A stretch of 64,000 nt of DNA from Schmidtea polychroa. Its lineage: Eukaryota. Below, in pieces: positions 60,735 to 64,000 of this stretch; within the stretch, counting starts at the first letter, position 1, and the number at the start of each line of letters is the position of its first letter. Below the pieces are notes generated by a model that did no database searches, was not told the origin of the DNA, and saw only the letters and a list, made by a program, of their open reading frames with translations. Where the stretch lies: positions 23,190,001-23,254,000 of the forward strand of contig CM097885.1 in NCBI GenBank assembly GCA_044892525.1, given 5' to 3'. The position numbers were made by a program, and so were the translations under genes.

Positions 60735-61745
60735 ATGAGTTCTTATATTCCTTGTAATAGAGGTGGTGGAACAATAAAAACAGGGTTTAATACAGAAGAA
60801 ATATTAACTTTAACAGAAAATAAATATATTAATGAAAGAGGTGATTCAATGAAAGGAGATTTAAATTTAAATGGACACAAGATAAAAGATTTATCTTTAC
60901 CAACTGATGAAGCTGATGCAGTTAATAAAAAATATGTTGATGGTGTTAAAAATTATACTGATTTAACAACAACAAGAATTGAAAGTTCATTAACAACAAA
61001 AATTGATTCAATGGAATCAAAGCTTAATAATATCGAACAACGATTTAATGATAAATTTGACAAGTTACAAAGTCTGTTAACTGAACAAGTTGTAAAGTTA
61101 AATACTGCTATATTAAATTCTAAAGATAAACAAATTATGAATACTAAATTTAATACAATATATAAAATAATAAATGAGATGATTACATCATTTAATAAAA
61201 GAATTTCAAATTTAGAGTCTCATGGAACACACATTAACACCACACATAGTATTAGAAAAAGAGCTGCTCAATTAGAACAGAATAAAACATTATTACCCCA
61301 TACATATAAACATTTTATAGAACCAAGTTTAATAACACCAAACAGTAAAGAATGGGGTGTTTTTATGGTTGTAAAAATTATTGATCCTTATTTCTTTTTG
61401 TTTGATGATGATAATGAAAGAATGAAATGGTTTGTGAAATGTGATTATAATAGTAAGCTTGAAAAGGGTGATGTTATAATGACTAGTTATGATTTACCAC
61501 ACGGAGATTGGTATGTTAATACTCATTTACATGGACTACATAAAGTTAAAAGTAAGAATATTCATTTTTCTAGTTCACTTGTACAATATATAGATTTAAT
61601 ATTTTATGAAAAAAAGGTTGATGTTGATGAAGTTCGTAAAGCATTGAGAGAATTGTATAAAGATATCCTCTCAACAAGAGTTTCTTTTGATATCCGAGTA
61701 TTGGTGCCAGATGGTGCTCAGAAGAATAAAGTCTTATTTTTTTAA
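60735..61745 (+). CDS. Fibre-like protein (tail-fibre/adhesin neck motif plus coiled coil)
   Basis: GDSMKGDLNLNGHKIKDL..PTDEADAVNKKYVD followed by heptad repeats. Confidence 0.65.
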   Translation: MSSYIPCNRGGGTIKTGFNTEEILTLTENKYINERGDSMKGDLNLNGHKIKDLSLPTDEADAVNKKYVDGVKNYTDLTTTRIESSLTTKIDSMESKLNNIEQRFNDKFDKLQSLLTEQVVKLNTAILNSKDKQIMNTKFNTIYKIINEMITSFNKRISNLESHGTHINTTHSIRKRAAQLEQNKTLLPHTYKHFIEPSLITPNSKEWGVFMVVKIIDPYFFLFDDDNERMKWFVKCDYNSKLEKGDVIMTSYDLPHGDWYVNTHLHGLHKVKSKNIHFSSSLVQYIDLIFYEKKVDVDEVRKALRELYKDILSTRVSFDIRVLVPDGAQKNKVLFF

Positions 61746-61753
61746 TTATTAAA

Positions 61754-62350
61754 ATGGAAGAAGTAAGAGAAGAAAAAATTTACCCAGAATTGAGATCATC
61801 AGGATATTATTCTTCCAAGGCCTCGGCTCCCACAGAACTTGAAATTATGAGAGTAAAAGAATTTAAATCAGAAACCTTACATTTACAAGATTTATTAAAG
61901 CATTATAAAAAAATTAAAAATAGATGGAATAAAGGGAATACAGTTTTAAAAGTTATAGGTTATTCTTTAGGATTTGCATCTGCAATATTAACAGTTATTT
62001 TACCCATAACTTTACCAGTTGTTACTCTTGCACCTGTAATACTTGGAAGTATTTCTGTGGCTGATGGTTTCTTAACTGAAATAGTTTCATTATCTTATAC
62101 TTCTAAAAAGAAAAGTTTATATAGAGAAGTTTGTTTATCAATAGAATTAGGAATCTCTAAATTATTTTTATTTCAATTAAAAGCTTTGGAAGATGGAATC
62201 CTGACAGACGAAGAAATAATGAAATCAAATCAAATAATACAAGATATAAAGAATGAGGTTATAAGATTAAAAAGGGAGGGCATGGTGGCTAATGTTATAA
62301 GTAATAAAAAAACATCTCGAGAAAAATGGTTAAAGAATTCTTACTTATAA
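61754..62350 (+). CDS. Polinton membrane protein with a hydrophobic hairpin
   Basis: IYPEL start, two hydrophobic helices, KALEDGILTDEE. Confidence 0.7.
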   Translation: MEEVREEKIYPELRSSGYYSSKASAPTELEIMRVKEFKSETLHLQDLLKHYKKIKNRWNKGNTVLKVIGYSLGFASAILTVILPITLPVVTLAPVILGSISVADGFLTEIVSLSYTSKKKSLYREVCLSIELGISKLFLFQLKALEDGILTDEEIMKSNQIIQDIKNEVIRLKREGMVANVISNKKTSREKWLKNSYL

Positions 62351-62444
62351 AATGGGTGTATTTTTAAAAAAGTAGATCAGGTTGCTATAGTTGCTTAAAT
62401 TAATTGTCGACATTTTATTATTAAAAAATTAAATATCGTTGGTT

Positions 62445-62999
62445 TCAGTTATGGTTGAAAGCCAACCTATGAATCATTAATTTATGATCTTTAAATTCTT
62501 TATCACTTAGACCTTTTATATATTCAGGATCAGTATTAAAATATTTAAGTTCTAAACATATAGGATTAAAAACTTGAGAATATAAAGGTTTCTCGATTTC
62601 TCTCTCGGGATAAATAATTTCAACATTATAAATATCAAGATCAGTAATCTTTGTATCATATAACTTATTCAACTTTTCTAGATTTTTTATTATAGGGATT
62701 AAATTATTTCCAATAGGTAGAGTTGTCTTTAAATCACTTAGTATGAATCTCTTATCATCATAATTTGATAATGATATTTTTTGAGATTCTATCAAGTGAA
62801 TATCATGGTTTTCACTTTTAAGTTGATGTATTTCATCAATTTTATCTTTATGATTTGGATTCAATGTATCTATATAATCTTGATGAGAAAGATTCTTTGC
62901 AACCACTCTCTGTATTCCTTTACATCTGTTATCCATTAAATTAGTAATATTTTTTATAATTTCAAAAATGTTATTTTCTTGATTTTTAGTTTCCATCAT
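62445..62999 (-). CDS. Stand-alone paralogue of the pPolB C-terminal region
   Basis: KGIQ...NYDDKRFILSDLKTTLPIGN.LIPIIKNL...LKYFNTDPEYI also present in ORF 63024-63905. Confidence 0.8.
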   Translation of the reverse strand: MMETKNQENNIFEIIKNITNLMDNRCKGIQRVVAKNLSHQDYIDTLNPNHKDKIDEIHQLKSENHDIHLIESQKISLSNYDDKRFILSDLKTTLPIGNNLIPIIKNLEKLNKLYDTKITDLDIYNVEIIYPEREIEKPLYSQVFNPICLELKYFNTDPEYIKGLSDKEFKDHKLMIHRLAFNHN

Positions 63000-63023
63000 T
63001 TTATAGTGTTAAAATTCTAATTC

Positions 63024-64000
63024 TTAGACCAGTCGTAATTGATTTATAATTATTTCTGCAGTAATGCTTTTTAACATTAATTTATGTGATTTAAAGTCTT
63101 CTGGTGTTAGTCCTTGGATATATTCAGGATCAGTATTAAAATATTTAAGTTCTATAGGTTTTATATTTTGAACTTGGTTATATAAAGGTTTAGGAATTAA
63201 TATTTCAGGATATTGGATTTCTACTTTAGCAAGTTGAAGGTCTGTAATCTCTAGGTTATAAATTTCATTTATTTTATCAAGATTTTTTATTATAGGGATT
63301 AAATCATTTCCAATAGGTAATGTTGTCTTCAAGTCAGAAAGTATAAATCTTTTATCATCATAATTTGTTATAGCAATCTTGTTACACTCTTCAAGATATA
63401 TATTATGTTTCTCTGATTTAAGATGATGGGTTTTAGCAATTTTATTTTTATAATTTATATTTAATGAATCTTTATACTCTTGATGTGTGAAGGTTTTTGA
63501 CACTGATTTTTGAATTCCTTTACTTTTATTTTCTTTATAGCTTTTCGGGTTTTCAGGGAATGAAGGATATTCAAATGTGTGATCTATTTCAACAGATCCT
63601 TCTCCCTCCCCTATTATAAATTTTATTGTATGCTCTTTCATAATTGGTTTGTCTTTCATTTCAAGAGAATATTGTTTAGGTCTAATAAACACTCCTCCAC
63701 TTATTGGAGTATTTGGTTTTTCATCTTTAAAAGTAAATAATTCTCCAGAGTTGTTTATTAATTTATTTAAGGTTTCGTTTTCACTTATTTCCTTTTTTAA
63801 ATCTTTACTATGACCTTTTAAAAACATACTATCAGTGTCCATAGCATGCATGGATATTCGATCTCCAAAATGGGGTACTAGAACATCATAGTAGGCTTCA
63901 TACATTTGAAGCTTTGAAAGTTCTAAAATTGAAAACCCTATAAAGATTGGTTTATTATAAGTTTTTACAGAGTTTTTAATCTCTAGGGCTATAAGGTTAC
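63024..64000 (-). CDS. Protein-primed DNA polymerase B, C-terminal part
   Basis: KPIFIGFSILELSK, MDTDS, FKDE, RPKQYS, KGI, DDKR. Confidence 0.93.
   Translation of the reverse strand, partial: NLIALEIKNSVKTYNKPIFIGFSILELSKLQMYEAYYDVLVPHFGDRISMHAMDTDSMFLKGHSKDLKKEISENETLNKLINNSGELFTFKDEKPNTPISGGVFIRPKQYSLEMKDKPIMKEHTIKFIIGEGEGSVEIDHTFEYPSFPENPKSYKENKSKGIQKSVSKTFTHQEYKDSLNINYKNKIAKTHHLKSEKHNIYLEECNKIAITNYDDKRFILSDLKTTLPIGNDLIPIIKNLDKINEIYNLEITDLQLAKVEIQYPEILIPKPLYNQVQNIKPIELKYFNTDPEYIQGLTPEDFKSHKLMLKSITAEIIINQLRLV

Larger units (their letters stand above)
52624..64000 (+). mobile_element. Polinton element C (left boundary tentative; runs off the window)
   Basis: AGTAGT-type terminus at 52624; uninterrupted MCP, integrase, ATPase, protease, penton and pPolB ORFs. 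Confidence 0.88.

Overview
Very AT-rich eukaryotic DNA with many (AAT)n/(TA)n tracts and 32-51 nt introns; a planarian-like animal host is inferred, not shown. The window is a Polinton/Maverick (adintovirus-like) hotspot. (1) A complete but mutated 17.4 kb Polinton lies at 460-17843 (AGTAG termini, ~0.8-1.1 kb TIRs, TSD TTCCTC). Besides ATPase, integrase, capsids, protease and pPolB it carries an intron-rich accessory set: a TBP-like protein, a spliced Bcl-2 homologue, an IAP-type RING protein, a probable GPI-anchored coiled-coil protein and a spliced SIM-rich leader on pPolB. (2) Decayed Polinton pieces and two miniature elements with Polinton-type termini follow. (3) A second, apparently intact Polinton lineage runs from ~52.6 kb off the window end. 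It has three tRNA-sized A-box/B-box/oligo-T units (candidate VA-RNA analogues), a ZnF-PLA2-integrase fusion and a stand-alone duplicate of the pPolB C-terminus. Between these lie hAT, pogo, Tc1, piggyBac-MITE and solo-LTR insertions, one divergent GSK3-like host kinase, and a decayed polyprotein fusing a Bcl-2-like domain to a chuvirus-type glycoprotein. All calls come from manual motif reading; no searches were run.
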